45,695 nt of DNA, from assembly GCA_027062325.1 (NCBI GenBank), contig JAMOTN010000025.1:1-45695 (forward strand). The letters are read 5' to 3'. The notes beneath the pieces were generated by a model. The model did no database searches. It was not told the origin of the DNA and saw only the letters and a program-made list of their open reading frames with translations. Origin of the DNA: a bacterium. Its GTDB lineage: Bacteria > JAMOTN01. Of this stretch, positions 31,069 to 40,644 are shown in pieces. The position numbers and the translations under genes are program-made. Position 1 is the stretch's first letter, and the number at the start of each line of letters is the position of its first letter.

Positions 31069-33471
31069 TCACATATTCTTTTCTATCTTTGAGGCTTTAT
31101 CAATATCACCAATCTTCTTATAAAGATTGACCAACTTATCTCTAAGCCCAGAAACATCATATTTAACCCACAACTTAAAGTAATTCTCTGCAGCCTTTTT
31201 CAAATTTCCTGCAGCTTCTAAAACCACACCTTTACAAAACAACACCTTTTTAGACTCTGGAACACTTTTTAAAAACTCCACAAGCCACGTATTAAACTTG
31301 CTACATTCCCTAGTTTTTAGCAGCTTTACAGCACTGTCAACTAACTTACTATCTATATCTTCTCGTTCCCTTTCCACCTCATTGCTACCCACACTTTTAC
31401 CTTTTATATTAGCAACAACCCTTTTAACCACTTTCTTAACAATCCCATAAATAGCATCTGCAAGAAGAATCTTTATATCCGTTCCAAAATTCCGACTCAA
31501 TTTTGACAAAACTTTTTTAACAAAGACTGCACATTCAACGCTCGCCCTCCCAGTTTCTAGACTAGACACTAAAAAGTCATAGAATCCTTTTAAAAAAGCA
31601 TTAACAGCCTCCAACTCCTCCCTTTCATTCTTTCTATAAGAAGGAGCATTCTCCTTAATCCAATTAAGCACATTCTCTGCTCTTTCCACTTCTCCTTCTG
31701 CTAATCTTAACCTCACCAACTCAAAAGCCGCATCAGCTTTAATCCACCATTTCCCCTCACTCTTTAAAACTTTCTCCAAAATCTTTTCCTTATCCTTATT
31801 CCCTAAGTTAGACGCTGCTTCAAACAACAGCTCTGCACTTTTTATCTCACTTAAAGCATCCATACCAAGTTTACCCATCTTCCACAACCAAAACTCAGCT
31901 ACTTCCCTAATCTTTCTATTATTAGAATTTTGGAATTTTTCTGCGAAATGTACAATCTCAGAAGTTGCTCCCATTCCATCTAATATTTCAAAAATAATCT
32001 TCAGTGTCTCCACCTCAGGCTTATAATTCACAAGCTTTTTAAATAAATCCAAAGCCTTTTCTTTATCTCCTAAACTATAAACTGCAAAGGCCTTCATTTT
32101 GGCTAATTCATACTCTCCATTTTTTAAAAGAGTATCCATATCCAGCTTTTCAAATTCTTTATAAGATCCACTGTTATACTTTGCATACCACCACATTCTA
32201 AATATCTCTGGATCATAAGTGAACTGAGAACATTTCTTGAAAAATACCTGCCACTTTTTCTGTTTGTACAAAGCCAAACACCATAAGCGCACCACATCAA
32301 AAAGTTCTTTCATGGACAATTTTAGACCTTTATAAAATACCACCTTTCCTTTCGTCTTATGAGTCTTCACAATCAACTTCATAATTTCCGGGGTTATTAC
32401 TACCTCTAACAACTTTTCAACTTCTCTGTATTTCCCTGCAGCAGCTAAAGACTTCAGGTAAACCATAAAGTTATCAAATTCTTTCAAATAAATAAGCTCA
32501 CTTTCACTCTTCCCACCAACCTTATTCAATTTATTAAGTTTATAATCAAAGTACCTTTTTAAATCTTTAGCAGCCTCAATATAATCTCCTAAATAAAATT
32601 CAGCGTATCCCTTGTAAACCAATTTATCCCGCTTCAAGCAAAGCTTTAACACCTGCTTATACTTTCCAGCTTTTAAAAAACTAATAGCCGCCTCCTCACA
32701 CAAACCAAGCCCTCTATATACCAAGGCCGCCTCCGCATTCTTTTTTAAATTTTCCAAAGCAAGTGCATACATTTCAAATAAGTTCTTAATAAGTGATAAA
32801 TCTTCACTTAAAATCTTCTTTGAAACTTTCCTTTTAGAAGCTCCTTTAACTTTTTTTTGATTCGAACTTGCTCTATTTAATCCATTCAACGCCTTACTCA
32901 AACAACACGAACACGAACTTTCAGCCTCTTCATAACAACTGCAACAAGCATTGCAATTTTTAAACCTAGATATTGAAACTCCCTCAAGAGAGCACCATTT
33001 CTCAAAATCTTCAACAACTTCTTTGTACCTTTTCAACTTAATCAAGCTAGAAAAGTAAATCAGACATTCATCCGGTCTACTAAAATCAGCAAGCTCAACC
33101 ACTTTATCATATTTTTTCAAATTCCAATAACACCATACTAAACCATAACGCGCCCAATCTTTGTATTGAGCAAACTTATCATAAACACGTTTGTACCACT
33201 TTAAAGCCTCACTGTATCTACCAAGCTGATAGTAACTCTCCGCTATCACCATTGCTATCTCTGGAAGTCTTATTTCAGTGGGCGAAAGAGAAGAAGCTTC
33301 CTCTATAACATCCTTGTAAAACCCTTTATTGTAAAGCTTTATTATGTACTCTGCATCTACTGAAAAGGCTACATTCACTATGAAGATAAATACACACAAA
33401 AAAAGGAGCAGCTTAATTAGCCACTCCCCTTCTGCTAGCAATTTCAATCTAAGCTCTGATTTTATACTCAT
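31069..33471 (-). CDS. large TPR-repeat protein, probably exported
   Basis: Signal-like LLLFLCVFIFIVNVAFS, TPR repeats (AESYYQLGRYSEALKWY; GYAEFYLGDYIEAA; KGVVLEAAGNLKKAA), Cys-rich insert. Confidence 0.75.
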   Translation of the reverse strand: MSIKSELRLKLLAEGEWLIKLLLFLCVFIFIVNVAFSVDAEYIIKLYNKGFYKDVIEEASSLSPTEIRLPEIAMVIAESYYQLGRYSEALKWYKRVYDKFAQYKDWARYGLVWCYWNLKKYDKVVELADFSRPDECLIYFSSLIKLKRYKEVVEDFEKWCSLEGVSISRFKNCNACCSCYEEAESSCSCCLSKALNGLNRASSNQKKVKGASKRKVSKKILSEDLSLIKNLFEMYALALENLKKNAEAALVYRGLGLCEEAAISFLKAGKYKQVLKLCLKRDKLVYKGYAEFYLGDYIEAAKDLKRYFDYKLNKLNKVGGKSESELIYLKEFDNFMVYLKSLAAAGKYREVEKLLEVVITPEIMKLIVKTHKTKGKVVFYKGLKLSMKELFDVVRLWCLALYKQKKWQVFFKKCSQFTYDPEIFRMWWYAKYNSGSYKEFEKLDMDTLLKNGEYELAKMKAFAVYSLGDKEKALDLFKKLVNYKPEVETLKIIFEILDGMGATSEIVHFAEKFQNSNNRKIREVAEFWLWKMGKLGMDALSEIKSAELLFEAASNLGNKDKEKILEKVLKSEGKWWIKADAAFELVRLRLAEGEVERAENVLNWIKENAPSYRKNEREELEAVNAFLKGFYDFLVSSLETGRASVECAVFVKKVLSKLSRNFGTDIKILLADAIYGIVKKVVKRVVANIKGKSVGSNEVEREREDIDSKLVDSAVKLLKTRECSKFNTWLVEFLKSVPESKKVLFCKGVVLEAAGNLKKAAENYFKLWVKYDVSGLRDKLVNLYKKIGDIDKASKIEKNM

Positions 33472-33540
33472 CTGCTACTCCCCTCTAGTTATCTTCTAAT
33501 GTTTTCACATCCGACAAAGCATCAAATACTTCTACCTTTC

Positions 33541-36078
33541 CTAATCCTTTTTAGCAACAGAGCCATCCACTACTCCTATATCAGGCAACTTTTCAGCCTC
33601 TATTACCTTTCCATTTTCATAAACCGCCTGTGGCGTAAACTGACTCCTTATCTCCTCGAAGTTATCCTTGTATTTCTTTTCAAATACTCGAACAAAAGCC
33701 TCAGCCATCTCTGGATCAAATTGTGAGCCCCGCTCTTTTAAAATTGTGTCTATTGCAACTTCAGGAGGAAGCCCTCGTCTGTAAGCACGATGAGATGTCA
33801 TAGCATCAAATGTATCTGCTACAGCTATTATTCTCGAACCTATAGGAACATTCTCTCCTTTTAAACCATCTGGATAACCACGCCCATCGTATCTTTCATG
33901 GTGATGTTTGACCCACGGGATGATCTCTGCAAACATTTCAAATGGCTCTAGAATTTTCGCACTTATAACCGGGTGTTTTTGAATTTCACGGTATTCTTCG
34001 TCTGTAAGACGTCCCTTCTTCAGAAGGATGCTATCTCTTATTCCAATCTTTCCTATATCGTGAAGAAGGGCTGCCATCTCAAGCTTTTCTCTCTCTTCCT
34101 CACCCCAACCAAGCTCTTCTGCAATATCCTTTGAGTAAATCGCAACACGCTGTGAGTGTCCATGAGTATATGGATCTCTCGCATCCATTGCATTCGCAAG
34201 AACGTGAATGGTATCCTTGTACATCTTCTTTATTTGGCGATAAAGCTTAGAATTTTCGATCATTCCAGCAGCTAGAGAGGCAATAAGCTCGACCATTTTT
34301 AAATCTTCCATGTTATAGGGTATCTCTCCAAGTTTATTTAAAACCTCTAAAACTCCTATCACCTTTTCCTCTTTTGTAGCTCTATCTACAGTGATTAAAG
34401 GAACAGCTATAATTGAGCGAGTTTTAAACTGAGTTTTTTGGTCAGCCCCTTTGAAAAATCTATCATCCTTTGAAGTATCGGGAACAATAACCGACTCTTT
34501 ATTCTCTGCAACCCATCCTGCAATTCCCTGACCTCTTTTTAAGCGAATCTCCTTAAGCTTCTCCCCACTTCCACCCTCAACTATGTTGAAGTAAAGCTCT
34601 CCTGTATCCTCATTTCTCAACAATACGCTACTTGCCTCAGAATTCAAAGCATCCTTAGTCTTTGCTATAATAACGCCAAGCAACTCATCCAAATCCAGCG
34701 AAGAATTTATTATCTGCTTAGAAACATCAAAAATTGTCTCCAACTCCTTTACTTGTTGTATCAAGAACTCCTGCTTATAAAGCTTGTTGTATGCTTTGAT
34801 TGCTATCCTTTTCACATAGTCAAGATACTCCTTTTCAAAATCTGTAAACTCTTTTACTGAAAATACTACGGCTCCTCTTAAGCTAGCTAATACTTCATCT
34901 TTATCATTATTTTCAAAATCATCATTCTCACTATCCTCCCCTATCAACAACAAGACTTTATAGCCCTTCCAATCAAACAGATAATCCTTCTCCCTTTTTA
35001 TATGAGTGAATAACTCCTCTTTAAACTCATCCCAATCATCAATGAGCTCCTCACCTGTTCTGAGCTCAAACCTTTCTATATCTTTTCTATATGAATAAAC
35101 CCCTATTTGGGAAGATTTGAAAAATCCTGAGAAAAAGTTCGCTAGAACCTGCCAATAACTTGCCCAATCTTTTGCCTCAAAAAGTCCAACAGTCAACTTA
35201 TCTCTAGCTTCCAACCAAAACGGATTTTGAGTTGTCTCTATCCACCTATCCTCACTCTCTTTTAAAGGATTATCTTGAACAATTATTCGCTTAGCCATCT
35301 TAATTTTTTTGCTTTTCTCATCAACTTCAACTATTATTCCATTTAAACATCTCTTGTTACTAGAAGAAGCCCCGCGCATTTTCACAGGGAGCTTACCCAC
35401 GTATTGTTCAACTGCCATATCCCTCTTTATTCCAACAACAGACTCATGTGTTCCACACATTCCAGCATCAGTTATGTAAACACTTCCCTCAGGTAAAATT
35501 TGCAAATCCGCTGTCTGAACATGCGTGTGGGTACCGACGATGATGTGAACTCGTCCATCCAACCAATAAGCTAAACTCTTCTTTTCTATCTCACTTTCTC
35601 CATGAAAATCAACCATCCAAATATCAGCCTTATTATAGTGCTCATTTAATACTTCTTCTACTTTTTTAAACGGATCAACTGAAACCTTAACCTGCTCTTT
35701 CCCAAATATATCTATGAGAGTTTCAGCACCTAAAGCATTTATTACTCCTAACTTTTTCCCACCTTTTTCAACAACTATCCAACCTTTTCCCGGCATATCA
35801 TCAGGGTAATTTACAGGTCTAATAACAGGAAGCTCTTTTTCAAAAATCTTTTTCACATCTTTTCTAAACCATGTGTGATTACCTAAAGTTATAACATCAA
35901 CTCCTGTTTTCAAAATTTTCTCCGCCTCTTTTAAAGTTATCCCTAGGCCCTTCGCCGAGTTTTCTCCATTCACAACTATAAAATCCGGCTGTAGCCTCTC
36001 TTTAATCCAGGGAACTAACTTTTCTATTATCTCCAATCCTACATCGTCATTTATATCTCCTAGAAAAACAATTCTCAT
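33541..36078 (-). CDS. YmdB-family metallophosphoesterase fused to GAF domain(s) and HD-GYP phosphodiesterase
   Basis: N-term LGDI, VNGENS, TLGNH, DFHGE, GTHTHVQTAD, YITDAGMCG; GAF GQGIAGWVA..RSIIAVPL..GVLEVLNK; HD-GYP HSQRV, LLHDIGK, HHHERYDGRGYP, DTFDAMTS.RAYR. Confidence 0.9.
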   Translation of the reverse strand: MRIVFLGDINDDVGLEIIEKLVPWIKERLQPDFIVVNGENSAKGLGITLKEAEKILKTGVDVITLGNHTWFRKDVKKIFEKELPVIRPVNYPDDMPGKGWIVVEKGGKKLGVINALGAETLIDIFGKEQVKVSVDPFKKVEEVLNEHYNKADIWMVDFHGESEIEKKSLAYWLDGRVHIIVGTHTHVQTADLQILPEGSVYITDAGMCGTHESVVGIKRDMAVEQYVGKLPVKMRGASSSNKRCLNGIIVEVDEKSKKIKMAKRIIVQDNPLKESEDRWIETTQNPFWLEARDKLTVGLFEAKDWASYWQVLANFFSGFFKSSQIGVYSYRKDIERFELRTGEELIDDWDEFKEELFTHIKREKDYLFDWKGYKVLLLIGEDSENDDFENNDKDEVLASLRGAVVFSVKEFTDFEKEYLDYVKRIAIKAYNKLYKQEFLIQQVKELETIFDVSKQIINSSLDLDELLGVIIAKTKDALNSEASSVLLRNEDTGELYFNIVEGGSGEKLKEIRLKRGQGIAGWVAENKESVIVPDTSKDDRFFKGADQKTQFKTRSIIAVPLITVDRATKEEKVIGVLEVLNKLGEIPYNMEDLKMVELIASLAAGMIENSKLYRQIKKMYKDTIHVLANAMDARDPYTHGHSQRVAIYSKDIAEELGWGEEEREKLEMAALLHDIGKIGIRDSILLKKGRLTDEEYREIQKHPVISAKILEPFEMFAEIIPWVKHHHERYDGRGYPDGLKGENVPIGSRIIAVADTFDAMTSHRAYRRGLPPEVAIDTILKERGSQFDPEMAEAFVRVFEKKYKDNFEEIRSQFTPQAVYENGKVIEAEKLPDIGVVDGSVAKKD

Positions 36079-38339
36079 TACTGACCCTCCTTTGGCTCAA
36101 GCCCGTTAATTTCATCCTCTATATCTGCAAAAACTACTCTATTTCTTCCAGTTTCCTTTGCCGTATAAAGAGCCCTGTCAACTCTTTTTATAAAACTTTC
36201 AACGCTCTCTCCCCTCTGCCAAATACCGACACCTATACTTATAGTCACCCTTATTCCTTTTATAGTCTCTGAAGCTACAGTTTTTCTTATTCTCTCTGCT
36301 ATAACAATTGCACCATCTTTTGCAGTTTCAGGAAGTATAACTGCAAACTCTTCTCCTCCGTATCTACAGGGAATATCGATCTTTCTTACTATTGATTTTA
36401 TCACCTGAGCAACTGCTTTTAAAACTTCATCTCCAACTTGATGTCCATATCTATCATTTATACTCTTAAAATGATCAATATCTGTCATCAATAAAGCAAC
36501 TTCCTTACCATATCTTCTAGCCCTTGCAATCTCCTCCTCTATTCTCATATCAAAGTATCTTCTTACAAACAAACCTGTTAAGCCATCCTTTGTAGCCATT
36601 TCATAAAGCCTTGCACTCTCTACAACACCACTTACCTGAGAAGTCAAAATCTTTAATAACTCTACATAATCGTTGACATTTTTTAAAACCCCTTCAGGAA
36701 GATTTACTACATTTAAAACTCCAACTGTTCTTCCATGTAAACTCAGAGGATAACAAAGCAAATTTCTAACTGACCCCACACTTAAGCCTTTTTCTTTAAA
36801 CTCAACTTCTCCTTTTTTTATCTTATTCAAACTATCCACAAGCTCCCAGTCTCCATCTGAAAACACTTTACCAGCTATTCCTTCACCCTTTTTCAAAATA
36901 ATCTTTTCTCCCTCAGCAAACTTAGATGGCCAAACAGCCTTGACAACAAGACCGCCAGCCCCTGCATCCCATAACATAACCGAAGCCCTCTCACACCCAA
37001 CCGCCTGAACTACTTCTTCCAAAAAGTTTTTTAATATAGCATCTAAATCCGTTAAATCCTGAACTTCCGTAGCAATTTTCTTTATCACCTCAAGTTCACG
37101 TTCTTTTTCTAACTTTTTCAACCTTTCTTCTTCATAAAGATATCGATACTTAACAGCACCAACAGTTAAAAAAAGCATAAACCAACTAAAACACAGTGCT
37201 CCAAAGTGCACGTATTGATTGAATACAAGTCCAATGAAGAACACCCCAGCTACAAAAGGAATATACAGTATATTTCTAATAACCCAATTCTTTGACTTTA
37301 CATCAAACAATATCACCAACGAAATAAAAGCTATAATCAAATCCAGCATCTTATTGCTTTTCAAATACTTCCTATGCTTCAAATCTTTGTAAGCATAGGA
37401 ATGCCAATAAACTCCCGGAATTAAACCCATATCTGTGCTATACCAATCTCTGCTGGTAACATCTCCTACAAATACAACCTTGTCTTTAAAAGCCTCTGTC
37501 AACTCTTCTGTTGACATTTTCAACACCTGCGACATAGAATATTCAATCATATCTTCACGCTCTTTAGGGAACACCACTCTGAAGCTTGAAAGCCTATCAG
37601 TTAAACTTTTATTCAAAACTCCTTCCTTTCTTGAAACTTTTTCTAAATTACTCCTCAATAGAGTCTCGGAGCTAGAACTTTGTCCAACACCTCTCTCAGC
37701 ATTAAACAAGCATAATTTTTCAGCTGAATAGTAATAAGCTGCGTATGCCAAAGTCTTTTCTCCAAAATCCTTATAGTACAAACGATACTTTCTTAATATC
37801 CCATCTTTGTCAAGTTCTACATTCACTATTCCAAAATCTAAAGCCTTTTGCCTTAGCAATTTCGCAGGATATACAACAGATGGAACCAACATGGAATTAT
37901 CTATTCTAACAGCTAAAACTGCAGGGATTTTTTCTAAAAGCCGTGAAAACTCTTTATCATAAGGAGACTCTAATTCAAATAAAATATCAAATAGGATAAC
38001 TTTGGGACAGTTAGAAGAATTTTTGAGCATCGACAAACGCTCTAAGAAATCTATGCAAGCCTTTCTCCTCTCAAAACCATGCTGTACTTTTCCAAAATAC
38101 TCTTCAAGACAATCATCCGTAATAGAAACAACCACCGTACTTTTGTCTTTATCAAACTCACATAACTTCAGTACCTTCTCAAAATACCTACTATTCACAA
38201 ACCAACGCCAGACATAACCGTCTATACCCGCTTCTAAAGCCATTACATATAAGAAGTAATAAACCATACTTCCCACAAAGAAACTCAAAAGTACAAATCT
38301 AAAGTTGGAATATCTTCCAAAAATATTCGATCCCCCCAC
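36078..38339 (-). CDS. membrane diguanylate cyclase, CHASE2-TM-GAF-GGDEF
   Basis: CHASE2 motifs (FDILF, D.DGILR, FKDKVVFVG, PGVYWH), 3 TM helices, GAF (GEGIAGKV), DGLTGL, DIDHFKSIND.YGH..GD, I-site RKID, RYGGEEF; TAATG overlap with next gene. Confidence 0.9.
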   Translation of the reverse strand: MGGSNIFGRYSNFRFVLLSFFVGSMVYYFLYVMALEAGIDGYVWRWFVNSRYFEKVLKLCEFDKDKSTVVVSITDDCLEEYFGKVQHGFERRKACIDFLERLSMLKNSSNCPKVILFDILFELESPYDKEFSRLLEKIPAVLAVRIDNSMLVPSVVYPAKLLRQKALDFGIVNVELDKDGILRKYRLYYKDFGEKTLAYAAYYYSAEKLCLFNAERGVGQSSSSETLLRSNLEKVSRKEGVLNKSLTDRLSSFRVVFPKEREDMIEYSMSQVLKMSTEELTEAFKDKVVFVGDVTSRDWYSTDMGLIPGVYWHSYAYKDLKHRKYLKSNKMLDLIIAFISLVILFDVKSKNWVIRNILYIPFVAGVFFIGLVFNQYVHFGALCFSWFMLFLTVGAVKYRYLYEEERLKKLEKERELEVIKKIATEVQDLTDLDAILKNFLEEVVQAVGCERASVMLWDAGAGGLVVKAVWPSKFAEGEKIILKKGEGIAGKVFSDGDWELVDSLNKIKKGEVEFKEKGLSVGSVRNLLCYPLSLHGRTVGVLNVVNLPEGVLKNVNDYVELLKILTSQVSGVVESARLYEMATKDGLTGLFVRRYFDMRIEEEIARARRYGKEVALLMTDIDHFKSINDRYGHQVGDEVLKAVAQVIKSIVRKIDIPCRYGGEEFAVILPETAKDGAIVIAERIRKTVASETIKGIRVTISIGVGIWQRGESVESFIKRVDRALYTAKETGRNRVVFADIEDEINGLEPKEGQ

Positions 38340-38486
38340 TCCAAAACTGCCTTAAAAAAGTCACTACTTTACTTCCGTAACATATTCCACAACATAGCAC
38401 TCAGTAAGTTTATTCAATTTATTTTATTCAATTTTTTATACAAACCCATTTAACGATATTTCAAACTCAAACCTATAAAACCTCAT

Positions 38487-39428
38487 TTAAACTCCAACAT
38501 CTCTTGGCATTCTGAATTCAAATCCTATTGTTCGCAATGAATACTTAGGAATCAACGGCATATTTCTCTTGAAGGAAGCTTGTTTCACCATCTTAACCAC
38601 TTTATTTACTAACTCTTGCCCATACTTCTCATATAGCTGTCGAGGCTTCCTCCTCAAATCTATCCACTCAAACAATATTTGATCTAAAACCTCATATCCA
38701 ATCCCCAATTCTGCCTCATCCTCTTGATCAATCCAAAGCTCTGCTGTAGGAGTACGATCAATTATCTTTTGGGGAGTTTTAAAGTACCTTGCCATTTGAA
38801 ATACCTGAGTTTTATAAAGGTCTCCGACTGGATAGATAGCTGCTGCCATATCTCCATACCAAGTAGCATATCCTAAAAGTAACTCCGTTTTATTACTTCC
38901 TCCTAAAACAACAGCTTCATTAGCAGAAGCTATATCAAACAACACCGTCATTCTAACTCTAGCTGTTATATTACCTCTTCTAAGCTTTTCAGAGTTTGAT
39001 CGATTAGTTTCTAAACCAATAAGAGTCTCAAATCTCTCTACTATTGGCTTTACATCCAATTCAATCCAATTTACTTTTGGAAATTTATCTCTCAAATGCT
39101 CCACACACTCAAAACTCAACTTACTAGTTACATCAGAATGTGGAAGAAAAACTGCGTACACATTCTCTTCTCCAAAAGCTCTTACTGCAAACTCTAACAC
39201 TACTGCAGAATCCACTCCTCCAGAAATTGTTAAAGCAACCTTTTTAAAACCAAATTTCTCAACCTCATCCTTTAAAAATAGAGTTGTTATTTCTTCGACT
39301 AATTGCTCATTGACCTTTAATTGTTCTTTGATTGCTGCCTCTTCAGTATAATCTTCAACTACTTGTAAACCCTCAGTAAACTTCATATCAAACTTCTCTC
39401 GCTTTTCTATCTGTTTCACGTGAAACAT
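38487..39428 (-). CDS. nadE: NAD+ synthetase, synthetase-only subunit
   Basis: SGGVDS, GN..ARVRM, NKTELLLGY.T.YGD, DLYKTQV, PTAELW..Q.DE, FKR; real start may be the in-frame GTG at 39419-39421. Confidence 0.92.
   Translation of the reverse strand: MFHVKQIEKREKFDMKFTEGLQVVEDYTEEAAIKEQLKVNEQLVEEITTLFLKDEVEKFGFKKVALTISGGVDSAVVLEFAVRAFGEENVYAVFLPHSDVTSKLSFECVEHLRDKFPKVNWIELDVKPIVERFETLIGLETNRSNSEKLRRGNITARVRMTVLFDIASANEAVVLGGSNKTELLLGYATWYGDMAAAIYPVGDLYKTQVFQMARYFKTPQKIIDRTPTAELWIDQEDEAELGIGYEVLDQILFEWIDLRRKPRQLYEKYGQELVNKVVKMVKQASFKRNMPLIPKYSLRTIGFEFRMPRDVGV
39412..39427. promoter_or_regulatory. parS: parS centromere-like site (ParB binding)
   Basis: Perfect 16-bp palindrome TGTTTCACGTGAAACA. 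Confidence 0.9.
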
Positions 39429-39451
39429 ACCTCCTTTCTCAAAACTCCTTT

Positions 39452-40342
39452 TTAAAAATGCTTCTTTAATACATCTATGAAGTTCACAAAACCTTCAAGT
39501 TTCTCACGTTGGGCGACAATTCGCTGAAGTTCTCTTAAAGTCATGTCCAACCTCTCATCTCTAAATATTGGTAGGTTTATCCTTGCCACACGCACATCAT
39601 CTATATCCGCATCAGTTATAAGCAATTCTTCCTCAAAATACGAAGCTTTTTTAACATTTCCAAGAGGAGAGTGCACTTCACTTCCTCCCCAAAATATCAG
39701 GCCATTTTCCGTACCAACCCGATTTGAAAATATGGTATAAACTCCGTACAGCTCCGAATATGTCCGTATAAAATTCTCCCAAATATCAGAACTTGCAAGT
39801 TTGGGAGTGTATACTCCTTTACTAGGCGAACAAGCAACTGCTAAGAGATACACTGCTCCATCACACACTGCAACATAAGCAGCAGAAGGATGCCACATAT
39901 CTTCGCATATCAGTATTGCCATACGTCCAAATTTTGTATTAAAAGCTTTAATACGATTGCCACGCGCTGCGTATCGTTGTTCTTCAAACATTCCATAAGT
40001 TGGAAGATAGGCTTTTCTGTGAACATGTAAAATTTTCCCATCCTCTATGTAAGCAGAAGCAATGTGAAATTTATATTCCACGGATTCCTCAATAAAACCA
40101 ACTACAATACTTATATCCTCTTCTTTGCTGACTTTTTTTAGTTCGGATAACTCATCAGATTCTAAAGGCAAAGCAACTTCAAAAACCATGTCCCGCAAAT
40201 CATATCCCGTCAGGGATAGCTCGGGAAACACAACTAATTCTGCTCCTCTCTTTTTGGCTTCTTTTATAAAAGAGATGTGTTTTTTTAAATTTTTCTCCAC
40301 GTCCGCAAGGTAAGGCTTTATCTGAGCTACGGCAACCCTCAC
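39452..40342 (-). CDS. nitrilase-family amidohydrolase, probable glutaminase subunit of a two-gene NAD synthetase
   Basis: VFPELSLTGY, HRKAYLPTYGMFEEQRY, LICEDMWH, NRVG.E....FWGGS; LP.Y..F.E.RY resembles NAD synthetase glutaminase domains; immediately upstream of nadE. Confidence 0.8.
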   Translation of the reverse strand: MRVAVAQIKPYLADVEKNLKKHISFIKEAKKRGAELVVFPELSLTGYDLRDMVFEVALPLESDELSELKKVSKEEDISIVVGFIEESVEYKFHIASAYIEDGKILHVHRKAYLPTYGMFEEQRYAARGNRIKAFNTKFGRMAILICEDMWHPSAAYVAVCDGAVYLLAVACSPSKGVYTPKLASSDIWENFIRTYSELYGVYTIFSNRVGTENGLIFWGGSEVHSPLGNVKKASYFEEELLITDADIDDVRVARINLPIFRDERLDMTLRELQRIVAQREKLEGFVNFIDVLKKHF

Positions 40343-40612
40343 CTAAGATCACTCCTCTCATTAAACTATTAGATTCCAATAAACAAGTCATTAAATTTCT
40401 AATTATGAATAATTATACTTCAATTTTTAAGTGGGCAGTAGTTATTTTTACTCATATTTTGCTTAATTTTTTGCATAGATAAAACAACTGCAAACAAAAA
40501 AACAAAATCGATAAAATTTTCTGATTTGGATATTTTTCTATAAATTAATTTAGTTTTTTTAAAAAAAACTGTAGCAACCGTCAGCAAAATTTTTAATCTC
40601 TTTTCTTTCTAT

Positions 40613-40644
40613 TTTCTTTCTTTCTTTCTTTCTTCCTTCCTTCC
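40613..40644. repeat. simple sequence repeat (TTTC)5(TTCC)3 inside a ~60-bp pyrimidine tract
   Basis: Read directly; tract spans about 40597-40657. Confidence 0.85.

Noticed and set aside
31069-33471. TPR protein as a TPR-CHAT (Csx29-like) CRISPR protease
   Set aside because: No CHAT His/Cys catalytic motifs recognisable, and it has a signal-peptide-like N-terminus.
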